From: a virus
Lineage: Duplodnaviria; Caudoviricetes
Virus record (IMG/VR): IMGVR_UViG_3300020045_013092
Span: 1-36,725 of that record
Length of the DNA stretch: 36,725 bases
Direction: 5' to 3' (one strand)
The position numbers and the translations under genes were made by a program. How positions within the stretch are numbered: the first letter of the stretch is position 1; each line of letters begins with the position of its first letter. Positions 1 to 9,251 of this stretch are shown piece by piece. The notes beneath the pieces are model-generated. The model did not search any database. It worked only from the letters and a program-made list of their open reading frames with translations, and was not told the DNA's origin.

Positions 1-85
1 CATCTCTTGTCATATCATTCCTTAATCCTACCAAAATGGTAGGTTTTATGTAAGGAAGGGTACATATTGTCCCCTCCCCCAAATA
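1..85. repeat. 85-bp perfect inverted copy of 2273..2357
   Basis: Bases 1-85 are the exact reverse complement of 2273-2357; the identity runs to the window edge. Confidence 0.95.
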
Positions 86-92
86 ACAAACG

Positions 93-323
93 GTATTAAA
101 TAGTGCAGTGTCAACATTAGGCCAATCTCTTCGCGAAACCGAAGACCAATTGGCTCGTAGCATGATGGAGGGAGGTGCCCCACCAGTAAATTGCACCTCG
201 GGGACCAATGGGGACAACCCGACTAACATAAGTGCTCTCGATTGTTCTAAAGCTGTTAGGCTTCTTCGTACAGCTAACGCACAGTTTATCCAGGATATGA
301 TTGAGGGTGAAAATAAATTCGGT
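93..323 (+). CDS. Major capsid protein (N4-gp56-like), 5'-truncated exon
   Basis: VLNSAVSTLGQSLRETEDQLAR...IEGENKFG. Joining to 693 gives ENKFG|TAPVR, a capsid-like motif. An in-frame stop at 84-86 shows the N-terminus is absent. Confidence 0.8.
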
Positions 324-692
324 AAAAAGTGTGCCGAAGTAAAATCTTCTCTGATTGACTTGGAGTTCCTAATCGCTGCATAATTGCAGGGAAAGGATAA
401 CAAGGGGCAAGATTATGAAAGAATTTAACAAACCAATTTTTTGTAAAAATTGCGAGTTAGGTTATGCATTAATTATGGATGACGATGAATATGATTATTC
501 TGAGTTCATATGTAAAGCATGTAGTCAGCCTGAACGACTAAGTGAGAAGACCTATTACAGAAATTCAGATGGATCTTATCCACATCTGGAACCCTGTATA
601 GGAAGCGATAGTCTGACCTCTATGGAGACATAGAGAGGGAGATCCGAAGAGGTTTCCCCGCCTAGAAATAGGTCATAAAAGTAACAGAATTG
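324..692 (+). ncRNA. Group I self-splicing intron (369 nt) in the capsid gene
   Basis: P1: exon TTCGGT pairs with GCCGAA, giving U-G at the splice site. P3 TCTTCT(C)/GAGAAGA; R element CCTGAACGACTAAG; S element GCGATAGTCTG (P7 GACTA/TAGTC); GNRA-capped 3' hairpins; terminal G692. Excision restores the reading frame. Confidence 0.9.
415..633 (+). CDS. Intron-internal mini-ORF with CxxC-x20-CxxC, reading into the intron core
   Basis: CKNC...CKAC within the first 38 codons, located in the P6 loop. The remainder overlaps the P7/P3/P8 ribozyme sequence. Confidence 0.35.
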   Translation: MKEFNKPIFCKNCELGYALIMDDDEYDYSEFICKACSQPERLSEKTYYRNSDGSYPHLEPCIGSDSLTSMET

Positions 693-1109
693 ACAGCTCC
701 AGTACGTACGGCATTCTTTGGTTTGGCTCACACCAACCTTAGCGCTGACTTGGATCAATTACTAGGATTTATTAACGTCGCCAACTATGCAAACAATAGT
801 AACCTATTGCAAGCAGAATGGGGATCAATTAGAAACATCCGTTTCCTATTGTCCTCAGTTGGTTCAGTTATTCCTAATGCTTCTGCTAATGGTCAAGATG
901 TGTATAACATCTTCTTACCAGGACAGGAAAGCTACGACATGGTCGATTTGGACGGGTATTCCGCTCAATTTATATATGCACCACCTGAGATTGCTTCACC
1001 ACGTTTGAGACTATATCAGACAGCGGGTTGGAAGATGGCGCAAGTGTTCAATATTACTAACACAAGCTGGATTGTGGCTTTGCGCTGCACTCTTGGCGTA
1101 GCAATTTAA
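693..1109 (+). CDS. Major capsid protein, 3' exon
   Basis: TAPVRTAFFGLAHTNL...EWGSIRNIRF...TAGWK resembles N4-gp56-type capsid C-termini. The TTG start called at 690 is actually the intron end. Confidence 0.85.
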   Translation, partial: TAPVRTAFFGLAHTNLSADLDQLLGFINVANYANNSNLLQAEWGSIRNIRFLLSSVGSVIPNASANGQDVYNIFLPGQESYDMVDLDGYSAQFIYAPPEIASPRLRLYQTAGWKMAQVFNITNTSWIVALRCTLGVAI

Positions 1110-1120
1110 GGAGGTAATAT

Positions 1121-2272
1121 ATGACACAAGTAACCACAGGTCTATTTCAAAACGTGGCTTCAACGCCTTTTTTCATTCCAGTGCATCAATACATTTCAGA
1201 AATCAGGCTAAAAAACCTGACGAGAAGTGGGGTTACTGCGGGTGGAGTAGCAGGATCTTTAACATCTGATAGGATTGTTGAGGCATTCTGGTGCGATTAC
1301 ATGAATCAAGGTACTGCTCAGATCGTGCAAAACGGGACGGTAGCAGGAACATTGGCTCCCATGAATAACGGTGTTGCACCTATTAACGGTTTTACCGTCT
1401 ATAATGCAGCTACGGGAAATTCAGCGGCAGCAGTCGCAATTGCCTCATTTGCTCCTGGTGCTACAACTACATGGACCACAGGGGCAGATCACGGTTTGCA
1501 GGTAGGGGATACTGTTAGAGTTTATAGTCTAACAAGCGCACCTCAATTCGGCGGTCTATTAATGACAGTGACTGCTGTTGGTTCTACAACCACATTCACA
1601 ACGCTTCTAGATTCCACTGGGGCTACAACCTCAGTAGGATTTGTGCAAAAAGTAGGAAACTACTTATTGCCGGGAAGATCATTGTACTATCCTCAAAATA
1701 GGGTAATTGCGAAGATCACGAATGCAAATCCAATGGTTGTGACTACACTTGTTCAACAGAATTATTATGTTGGCGATGTAGTGACATTTGACATGCCATC
1801 GGTCTTTGGTGTTCCTCAGCTTACTAACACGATTAGCGGATTGCCTTTCCAAGCAACCGTAATTGCTGCTAATAATGCGGTAGGAACTCAAACGGTGACT
1901 CTTGCAGTGGATAGCACTGCTTTCGGTGTTTTTGCTACCACAGGAAATGCAAGCACAACTAATCCGACACATTGGCCTTTGGCTGGTGCGTATCCGTTTA
2001 GTTTTCCTGTTATGGTACCTCAGGGCGAAGGAAATATTAATAATTTCCAAAGCTTTGGTGTTTTGCCAGCTCCTCTACCTTATGCCAACCAAGATGTACT
2101 TAGTTTTGCACGTCAAAACCAAGCTTCTAATGGTATAATTGTGGGTGCAGGCGATGGTACGAACTCGGCCACAACCGGGGGTATCATAGGAAGCACCGTG
2201 GATGTTTGGGAGTTTCGTGTAATAACGAGCCTTCAGCAATATCCACAGCCTTTGACGATTCAGTACGTTTAA
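1121..2272 (+). CDS. Virion structural/decoration protein with two FCCH-like beta modules
   Basis: GGAGG RBS; directly follows capsid; motifs TTGADHGLQVGDTV and ITNANPMVVTT. Confidence 0.6.
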   Translation: MTQVTTGLFQNVASTPFFIPVHQYISEIRLKNLTRSGVTAGGVAGSLTSDRIVEAFWCDYMNQGTAQIVQNGTVAGTLAPMNNGVAPINGFTVYNAATGNSAAAVAIASFAPGATTTWTTGADHGLQVGDTVRVYSLTSAPQFGGLLMTVTAVGSTTTFTTLLDSTGATTSVGFVQKVGNYLLPGRSLYYPQNRVIAKITNANPMVVTTLVQQNYYVGDVVTFDMPSVFGVPQLTNTISGLPFQATVIAANNAVGTQTVTLAVDSTAFGVFATTGNASTTNPTHWPLAGAYPFSFPVMVPQGEGNINNFQSFGVLPAPLPYANQDVLSFARQNQASNGIIVGAGDGTNSATTGGIIGSTVDVWEFRVITSLQQYPQPLTIQYV

Positions 2273-2279
2273 TATTTGG

Positions 2280-2331
2280 GGGAGGGGACAATATGTACCC
2301 TTCCTTACATAAAACCTACCATTTTGGTAGG
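2280..2331 (+). terminator. Paired hairpins after the capsid/decoration genes
   Basis: GGAGGGGACA-ATA-TGTACCCTTCC and CCTACC-ATTTT-GGTAGG. Confidence 0.4.
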
Positions 2332-2344
2332 ATTAAGGAATGAT

Positions 2345-2515
2345 ATGACAAGAGATGAAATTTTAGATTTTGAAAATATGAAAGGTCAATGTTGTTTTGA
2401 AAATATTCAGGAATTTCTAAAACAAATGAAGCCAGGTGATATTTATATATTACATTATCGACCTAAAAGTGATACGGATTTAGATATTTTTAAATGGAGA
2501 GATCATCCTAAATGA
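2345..2515 (+). CDS. Hypothetical protein (56 aa)
   Basis: AAGGA RBS precedes ATG 2345; the upstream part of the called ORF is hairpin sequence. Confidence 0.5.
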   Translation: MTRDEILDFENMKGQCCFENIQEFLKQMKPGDIYILHYRPKSDTDLDIFKWRDHPK

Positions 2516-2521
2516 GGAAAA

Positions 2522-3160
2522 ATGGGAAGACGAAAAAAAAATAATAGTTTACAAATAGAGGAAAAAGAGGTTTCCATGACAGATACTATGACTTTAGAAG
2601 CAAAGATGACTTCTCAAGAAATCGAAAATGCAAATGAAAAAGTTTTAGATTCAGTTCAAACCGAATTAGATTTAGCTAGAGTAGAACTTGAAAGGACAAA
2701 ATTAGAGATTGCTCAACAGAAACATGAGCTAGAATTGATGAAAAAAAATCCTAGGCGTGAACTGGATGCACAAGAGAAAGATCTATACGAAAAACAAATC
2801 ACAATGTCTCATGAAAAGACAACCCTCAAAGAAAAGATAGAGAAACAAAAAGCTCATGATTCTGTGATGGTAACAGGTCGATTTATGAATAGAAGAGCAC
2901 CCGGTCAACCTGCTAAATTAACTTATTTAAAATATGAGACTGATCCAGTTAAATGGTATACGCTAGAAGACGGAAAGGTTTATACGATTCCAAGAGGGTT
3001 TGCAGATCAAATAAATGGTGGAGACGAGACGAATCCTTGTTATTATACGCCACAATTTATGCAAATTCCTGGTGAAATGGATCCTAATAGACCTCAAAGC
3101 GCTATTCATTCCATAGATACAAGTAATAAGAAATATGCCTTCGTATCAACTAATTTTTAA
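2522..3160 (+). CDS. Hypothetical coiled-coil protein of the head module
   Basis: 212-aa ORF with GAGG RBS and an N-terminal heptad-rich region. Confidence 0.7.
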   Translation: MGRRKKNNSLQIEEKEVSMTDTMTLEAKMTSQEIENANEKVLDSVQTELDLARVELERTKLEIAQQKHELELMKKNPRRELDAQEKDLYEKQITMSHEKTTLKEKIEKQKAHDSVMVTGRFMNRRAPGQPAKLTYLKYETDPVKWYTLEDGKVYTIPRGFADQINGGDETNPCYYTPQFMQIPGEMDPNRPQSAIHSIDTSNKKYAFVSTNF

Positions 3161-3163
3161 TTT

Positions 3164-3571
3164 ATGAGCGTTATATATTATCCCGGATATTCACAAGTTC
3201 AAGTTCATGAAAACTTAATTGTAAGAACCATTGCTTCGATAACACAAGCCAATCCAATGGTGGTTACCACAACCCAACCGCACGATTATGTTATCGGAAT
3301 GATGGTCACTTTTTTGATACCTTCTCAATTCGGAATGGTGCAGTTAAATAACTTGAATGCACAGGTAATTTCCTTGACATCTGATACATTAACAATTAAT
3401 TTGGATTCTACAGGATTCACAGCTTTTTCTTATCCAAGTCCTTTGCCAAGTGCATACACACCTCCGAGCGTGATCCCTAATAATAGTGGGCCTTATCTTC
3501 CTCCTCTTCCTTTGCCTTATGGTAATCAGACAAGTTTTGAGGGGACTATCTTTAACGATGGGATATCATGA
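3164..3571 (+). CDS. Virion protein with FCCH-like module
   Basis: IASITQANPMVVTTTQPHDYVIGMMV, paralogous to the second module of 1121..2272. Confidence 0.65.
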   Translation: MSVIYYPGYSQVQVHENLIVRTIASITQANPMVVTTTQPHDYVIGMMVTFLIPSQFGMVQLNNLNAQVISLTSDTLTINLDSTGFTAFSYPSPLPSAYTPPSVIPNNSGPYLPPLPLPYGNQTSFEGTIFNDGIS

Positions 3572-4635
3572 CTGTTAATCTTGGATCGATGAGAGATGAA
3601 GTAAGACGAATGACAGCTCGTTATACTGAAGCTCAGATGACTACTTCTCAAATTGATAATTATATCAACTTGGCATATACAATCCATCTTCCCAGTAGCT
3701 TTAAGAATATAAAATTGACAAAGCCATATTCATTTCTAACCACTCCTAACGTGGATACTTATGCTTTTCCATATGAATCAGGTCTATTAACTACTCCTGC
3801 GGGTATTCCCGTTCCTGGTAATGTTCAAGTGACACCCCCCGCATACTGCCAAGGATATGAACTTAGATATTTTCAGTCTAAAACTACATTTTATAATTTG
3901 TGGCCTAAACTTACTGTTAATCAGCAGATAGGAAATGGAGGAAATGCCTCAGGGGTGGCCTATAATTTAACAATTCCTTCAATACCATTCTTCAGAGCAG
4001 AACAAGATATTTTTGGAAATGTTACTCTTCCTGGAGTTATCATCTCTGCAAATAATCCAAATACTCAAATTAATTCTGACCCATTCGTTTTTACTGCTAC
4101 CGACGTTCCCGTAGCAAATTCTAATATAGGTAATTTATTTGACGTATCTGGGAATGATGTAGGCGACGTGAACTATATTACGGGCGAAGTTAATTTGACA
4201 CCGAATGGATCGGATATAATCCCTGCTGGTAATGCTATTTATGCTTCCGTAGTTCCTTATCAGTCTTCAAGACCAGTTGATATTTTATTTTATAACCAGC
4301 AATTTGTTCTTAGACCTTGCCCTCAGCAGGTTTATGAGGTTGAATTGCAAATAAGTCAGCAACCTACCGATTTGATCGCATCAAATTCAATGCCTGAACT
4401 TAACGAATGGTATCTTTTCATATGTGCTTGGGCTGCAAAATTAATTTATACGTCTTTCCCTGATGAAATAGGAATGAAGTATATTGAGCCAATATGGCAA
4501 GAACAAATGCAAATGGCCCAAAGAAGGACTTTAAAGCAATTAGGTACTCAAAGGGCAGAAACAATATTTAGCGCGCCAGGATGGGGAAGAAATAGGGCTT
4601 CTGCGTTCTATGGAACTGCATATAGTGGAAATTAG
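3568..4635 (+). CDS. Putative head-tail adaptor / tail tubular protein A-like
   Basis: Position; N-terminal MR..VRRMT...IDNYINLAY and C-terminal LRPCPQQVYEV motifs typical of adaptor proteins. Confidence 0.55.
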   Translation: MTVNLGSMRDEVRRMTARYTEAQMTTSQIDNYINLAYTIHLPSSFKNIKLTKPYSFLTTPNVDTYAFPYESGLLTTPAGIPVPGNVQVTPPAYCQGYELRYFQSKTTFYNLWPKLTVNQQIGNGGNASGVAYNLTIPSIPFFRAEQDIFGNVTLPGVIISANNPNTQINSDPFVFTATDVPVANSNIGNLFDVSGNDVGDVNYITGEVNLTPNGSDIIPAGNAIYASVVPYQSSRPVDILFYNQQFVLRPCPQQVYEVELQISQQPTDLIASNSMPELNEWYLFICAWAAKLIYTSFPDEIGMKYIEPIWQEQMQMAQRRTLKQLGTQRAETIFSAPGWGRNRASAFYGTAYSGN

Positions 4636-4643
4636 GAGTAAAA

Positions 4644-5216
4644 TTGTCTTATAAAACCACAATACCTAATCCAGGTGACTTTCTTGCTATATCTCAAAAG
4701 CAAATTTTAGCTAATTATCAAGCTATTTATAGTGCATTTTCAAGAAATCACGTATCAATGGATTCTAATAATAATGTTCCTGGCTATCATACATCCTTTA
4801 CGATGCCTAGACAATCTGTGGATCCTACAACTGGATCAACCCAAGTTGCATTATATAATAAATTCGATGCAAATATGGTGCCTCAGCTTTTCTATAGACC
4901 GAATAATAACCAGACGCCTATTCAGATGACTAATTCAAATTCATCTGTCATTTCATCACCCACACAATTTAGACAGAGTACTTTTCTAGCTGGCCCTTTT
5001 ACTCTATACGTTGGATACATAAGAAATGCTACCGATGGTCAGCTTGTTGTTTTGACCCCTTCCACAACATTGAAATATGTAGGTTTGATTTCAGTTACCA
5101 ACTCCGCAAATGGTGCTTTAGCTACTAATATTACCTCAAACCAATTCGTAGTGCGATTTGGAGGGACGGCACCTGCCGCAAGAACCATTTATTACATGGC
5201 CATAGGACTTTCATGA
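4644..5216 (+). CDS. Tail protein paralog 1
   Basis: TTG start with AGGAG RBS; shares motifs with the next two ORFs. Confidence 0.65.
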   Translation: MSYKTTIPNPGDFLAISQKQILANYQAIYSAFSRNHVSMDSNNNVPGYHTSFTMPRQSVDPTTGSTQVALYNKFDANMVPQLFYRPNNNQTPIQMTNSNSSVISSPTQFRQSTFLAGPFTLYVGYIRNATDGQLVVLTPSTTLKYVGLISVTNSANGALATNITSNQFVVRFGGTAPAARTIYYMAIGLS

Positions 5217-5830
5217 CAACTCCAGTATACAATAAAAATATTCCTCAACCCGAAAATTCAATAGATGAAGGTCAAACAGATTTTTTAAATAATTTCTATA
5301 CAATTTTTACAGCGTTTAGCCAAGATCATGTGCCTTTAGATTCTGCATCAGATGCGGGGAATCACGCATTTTCTAAGTTAATTGAAGAAGTAACAGGTGC
5401 AGCTACTGGTAGTAGTGAAATAGCTCTTTATTCTAAAAATGTTGAAAATCAAACAGATCAACTTTTTTTTAGAACTATAGGAAATGGGCTAGAAATTCAG
5501 TATAGTAATTTTCAAACATATCCACTTGACCCTATAAAAGTAGGAAATACCATAGTACAAGTCCCTTATTTCTCCTTTCTTCCAGGCGGAATAATTATAT
5601 ATTTTGGAGAGATAAATTTATCAGGAAATCCAACTTCAATAGTATTAGAGCCAGCCATTTGCACGAATATATTTGGGGTGAATTTAGGTGTTTTGAATGA
5701 TTCTATTAAATTCCCTAGTGGAGCTCAACCTTATCCAAATCAAGATGGAAAATATGGTAGAATAGATTTATTTTTTCAATCCGATGTAATAGGTAAAAAT
5801 CAAAATTACATAATTTATGGGGGAATATGA
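5213..5830 (+). CDS. Tail protein paralog 2
   Basis: ATGA-coupled; IPQP...NF...DHV...GNH...ALYSK...QLFFR...FLPGG. Confidence 0.65.
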   Translation: MTTPVYNKNIPQPENSIDEGQTDFLNNFYTIFTAFSQDHVPLDSASDAGNHAFSKLIEEVTGAATGSSEIALYSKNVENQTDQLFFRTIGNGLEIQYSNFQTYPLDPIKVGNTIVQVPYFSFLPGGIIIYFGEINLSGNPTSIVLEPAICTNIFGVNLGVLNDSIKFPSGAQPYPNQDGKYGRIDLFFQSDVIGKNQNYIIYGGI

Positions 5831-6435
5831 CTTATTCTCCAAATGAGCCCCAGGATCTTCCTCCTCCTGTAGTTGCCACAACTCAAATGAGAACTAACTT
5901 TTCCACATTTCAAACCATTTTTTCAAACAATCATTTTGCAATAAATACCAGTAACCAGGGAAAACATGCGAAAGTAGTTTTTGAGCAACAATCCACTGAT
6001 CCAGAAATAAACTCGAATTACATTTCTTTATACTCAAAATCAGTTATAAACGCATCGAGCACGCAACCACAACTTTTCCTTAAAATACCTAAGTTTTTAC
6101 CTAATAACCAAGAAAATTTACCTGAGCAATTGACTTTTGACACAGTAAATAACATAGGGCCTGATTATCAGACTTTCTTGCCAGGGGGATATATTATGTA
6201 TTTAGGATCTGTTAATTCTGTGCCATCACCAATCGTTTTGACTCCTGCATGTTCAAAAATTGCAAGTGTCGTGGTTTTACCTAATAATTTAACAGTACCT
6301 AGCCCGGCAACTCCTAGACCATTGACGGTATACGCAACGAAAACAGGTGCAAATACATTCATAATAAACTCTGGTGATACAGGGTTATTTCCTCCAGGCG
6401 TGAGATTCAATTGGGTAGCGATAGGAATACAATGA
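5827..6435 (+). CDS. Tail protein paralog 3
   Basis: ATGA-coupled; NF...NNH...GKH...LYSK...QLFLK...FLPGG. Confidence 0.65.
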   Translation: MTYSPNEPQDLPPPVVATTQMRTNFSTFQTIFSNNHFAINTSNQGKHAKVVFEQQSTDPEINSNYISLYSKSVINASSTQPQLFLKIPKFLPNNQENLPEQLTFDTVNNIGPDYQTFLPGGYIMYLGSVNSVPSPIVLTPACSKIASVVVLPNNLTVPSPATPRPLTVYATKTGANTFIINSGDTGLFPPGVRFNWVAIGIQ

Positions 6436-9251
6436 GCGGAATAGTAAGTAAATTCGTGGGACCTGTAGGAGATGGATTAAGAAAAGACATGAAGTCTTGG
6501 GCTACCCCAGACGATTCATTTGACACTCTTTTAAATGCTTATCAATTTAGAGGAAGAATAGTCAGAAGACCCGGATATACAACGCTTGGGCAATTGTCTT
6601 TTCAGATTACTACTCAAATTGTGGCTGCTTCTGCACAGAACTTCACAAATAATCTATTTGCTACATTCAGTTTATCAGGTGTTGTGATTGTTTCAGGCTC
6701 AATAAACATTACAGTGAATGGAGCTGGGAACTATGTTTTAAGAGAAGATCCTTCCAATCCAGGATCAATTATCCAGACTGGAGGGGTTGGAGTTCAATTC
6801 TTAAATGGGTCTATAAACTATTTGACAGGCGATCTTGTTTTGAACTTCTCAGCAAATCCTGGGGGAAATGTAGTAATTTCATTTTCATATGCATACATGC
6901 TTCCCGTTATGGGTTTAAGAACAAGAGAGCTTTTTGAATTGAATGAGCAAGATACAATTGCCTTCGACACCCAATTTTCTTATAGATATAGCAATACTCT
7001 TCAATTATTTCAGCCATTACCATCGGTAATGCCAGTAGTTTGGAGTGGAACAAACTATCAGTTTTTTTATACTATTAATTATGCCGGAGCATTTTGGGCC
7101 ACTAATAGCAAGCCTGGTCTGAATGGATTATCCATCAGCAATATTGATAATGCAAACCCCGCTGAGGTTACTACCGGAGTTGCTCATGGGTATACCACGG
7201 GTCAATCAGTAGCGATCATAAACGTAAACGGATATGATCCAATTGCTGCTTCCACTCCAATTTTGAATGGTCAGGTTTTTACAATTACAGTAACCGGGCC
7301 GACTACATTCACTTTAGATGGGCTCGATGGGACGCTTTATACTGCTTATAGCTCAGGGGGAATGGCATTAAATAGTCAAGTCACTGTCACGGGTCAAGAT
7401 GGAATACGATATTACGCTACTACAGCTATTGGCACGACTTGGGTTAATTATAATCCTCCTATCGATCCTAATAATGCTTTGGCAGGAGCACTATTAATTT
7501 TCCCATATAGAGGCTATCTTGTATTTCTAAATACGGAAGAAGGAAATGAAAACGGTACTTTTAATTTTGGTAATCGTGCTAGATGGACTCAGGTAGGAAC
7601 TCCCTATTATTCTCCTCCTGACCCTACCACACCCAATCCAGTGGGTTTTGACCCAACAACGGCAAGAGATGATCTTTTTGGTAAAGGAGGTGCTAATGAT
7701 GCTCCTACTCAAGAAGTAATTATCGGAGCCGGATTTATCAAAGACATCCTCATTGTTTTCTTTGAAAGATCAACTTGGCGACTCAGATTCGTAAATAACG
7801 CACAGAATCCATTCGATTGGGAAAGAATCAATGTTGAATTGGGTGCAAGTGCTACCTTCTCTACAGTGCCATTTGATAAAGGATTAATGGCTATAGGAGA
7901 ACGGGGAATTGTTATCGCTGATCCCAACGATGTGATTAGGTTTGATGAAAAAGTTCCAGACACCATTTTTGAGATTAGAATCGAAAATCAAGGAATGCAA
8001 AGAGTCAATGGAATCAGAACTTTTAGGACAAAATTAAATTACTGGACGTATCCCGACGGGGAGAATGTCAATGGAATATTTCCTAATAAAGTTTTAGTGT
8101 TTAACTATGATACAAGGAATTGGTCATTCTTCGATGATTGCTTTACTTGCTTCGGTTATTTTTATAGCTTTGATGATAGAACATGGGAAAGCCTTACCGA
8201 TGCTTGGTCTTCATATGGAAATATTACTTGGCAAGGAAGTGAAATAGAAAAAAGTTATGAAACCATTATCGCAGGAAATCAACAAGGATTTGTATTTGCT
8301 TTAGAGCAAACGGATAGCGTTAACCAAGAAAGCCTTTATATTACCGATATAACCACAGCATTAGGTGTAACCACATTCACAAGCCCATTTAATAATATTC
8401 AAGATGGTACTTGGATAACCTTAGAAGGCATATCTGGGGTGACTGATATAACAGGAGTCACATTGAATGGAAGAAATTTCAAGTGGATTAATCCTGATGG
8501 GCCAGAAGCTGAACCAAACCTATTCTTCTTACAGGAATTTACTCCTGTTGATGCAGGTTTAACAACCTTACCTTCAATATTTACGTATACTCTTGCAGTT
8601 CCTTTCATTCCTATTTTTCCTGGGTCTCCTTACATAACGGTGGGCTCTGAAACATTTACGGACACTCAATTAGATGGAACCCTCACAGGCTCTTTAGGAA
8701 GCACGGGAACCATTAATTACACAACTGGATTAATAGTCCTTAATTTTATAGCTCCTATAGGGGCTACACAAGTATATATCAGAGTGGTTTCAGTAAATCC
8801 AAATCAAGGTCTTTCTAACGTTGTAACCACAGGGACATATACCGGAGGGGGATATATAACCAAGATATCTAACTTTGATATCACCACAACAATCTTTAAT
8901 TTCTTGCCTGAAGATAAGAGAAGTAGATTAAGCTATATAGATTTCTACGTTGATACGACCTCAGATGGTGAGTTTACTTGCAATGTTTTGTCTGATTCTG
9001 GGTCTACAATTGTGAATCAGCCTCTTGGGGATAATCCTAGAAGCAATGTCGTTCAAACTTCATTAAATCCTTATCAGTTTGGAAATGGAGAAGAAACAAT
9101 CTTTAGACTATATGCAGATGTGATATCTCAAACCATTCAATGTCAATTCACATTGACGGACCAACAACAAGCGGTTAATGTGATTTCTCAATCAGATCTT
9201 GAGATTCTAGGAATGAACTTCTTTATTAGAAAAGGAGGGAGATTAGTATGA
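6432..9251 (+). CDS. Putative tail tube/nozzle (P22 gp10 / T7 gp12-like stabilisation protein)
   Basis: About 940 aa and beta-rich; podoviral position between adaptor and ejection genes; ATGA-coupled start at 6432. Confidence 0.6.
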   Translation: MSGIVSKFVGPVGDGLRKDMKSWATPDDSFDTLLNAYQFRGRIVRRPGYTTLGQLSFQITTQIVAASAQNFTNNLFATFSLSGVVIVSGSINITVNGAGNYVLREDPSNPGSIIQTGGVGVQFLNGSINYLTGDLVLNFSANPGGNVVISFSYAYMLPVMGLRTRELFELNEQDTIAFDTQFSYRYSNTLQLFQPLPSVMPVVWSGTNYQFFYTINYAGAFWATNSKPGLNGLSISNIDNANPAEVTTGVAHGYTTGQSVAIINVNGYDPIAASTPILNGQVFTITVTGPTTFTLDGLDGTLYTAYSSGGMALNSQVTVTGQDGIRYYATTAIGTTWVNYNPPIDPNNALAGALLIFPYRGYLVFLNTEEGNENGTFNFGNRARWTQVGTPYYSPPDPTTPNPVGFDPTTARDDLFGKGGANDAPTQEVIIGAGFIKDILIVFFERSTWRLRFVNNAQNPFDWERINVELGASATFSTVPFDKGLMAIGERGIVIADPNDVIRFDEKVPDTIFEIRIENQGMQRVNGIRTFRTKLNYWTYPDGENVNGIFPNKVLVFNYDTRNWSFFDDCFTCFGYFYSFDDRTWESLTDAWSSYGNITWQGSEIEKSYETIIAGNQQGFVFALEQTDSVNQESLYITDITTALGVTTFTSPFNNIQDGTWITLEGISGVTDITGVTLNGRNFKWINPDGPEAEPNLFFLQEFTPVDAGLTTLPSIFTYTLAVPFIPIFPGSPYITVGSETFTDTQLDGTLTGSLGSTGTINYTTGLIVLNFIAPIGATQVYIRVVSVNPNQGLSNVVTTGTYTGGGYITKISNFDITTTIFNFLPEDKRSRLSYIDFYVDTTSDGEFTCNVLSDSGSTIVNQPLGDNPRSNVVQTSLNPYQFGNGEETIFRLYADVISQTIQCQFTLTDQQQAVNVISQSDLEILGMNFFIRKGGRLV

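Noticed and set aside
108-1109. Two separate genes or a frameshifted pseudogene (108..383 and 690..1109)
   Set aside because: Better explained as exons of one capsid gene separated by a group I intron.
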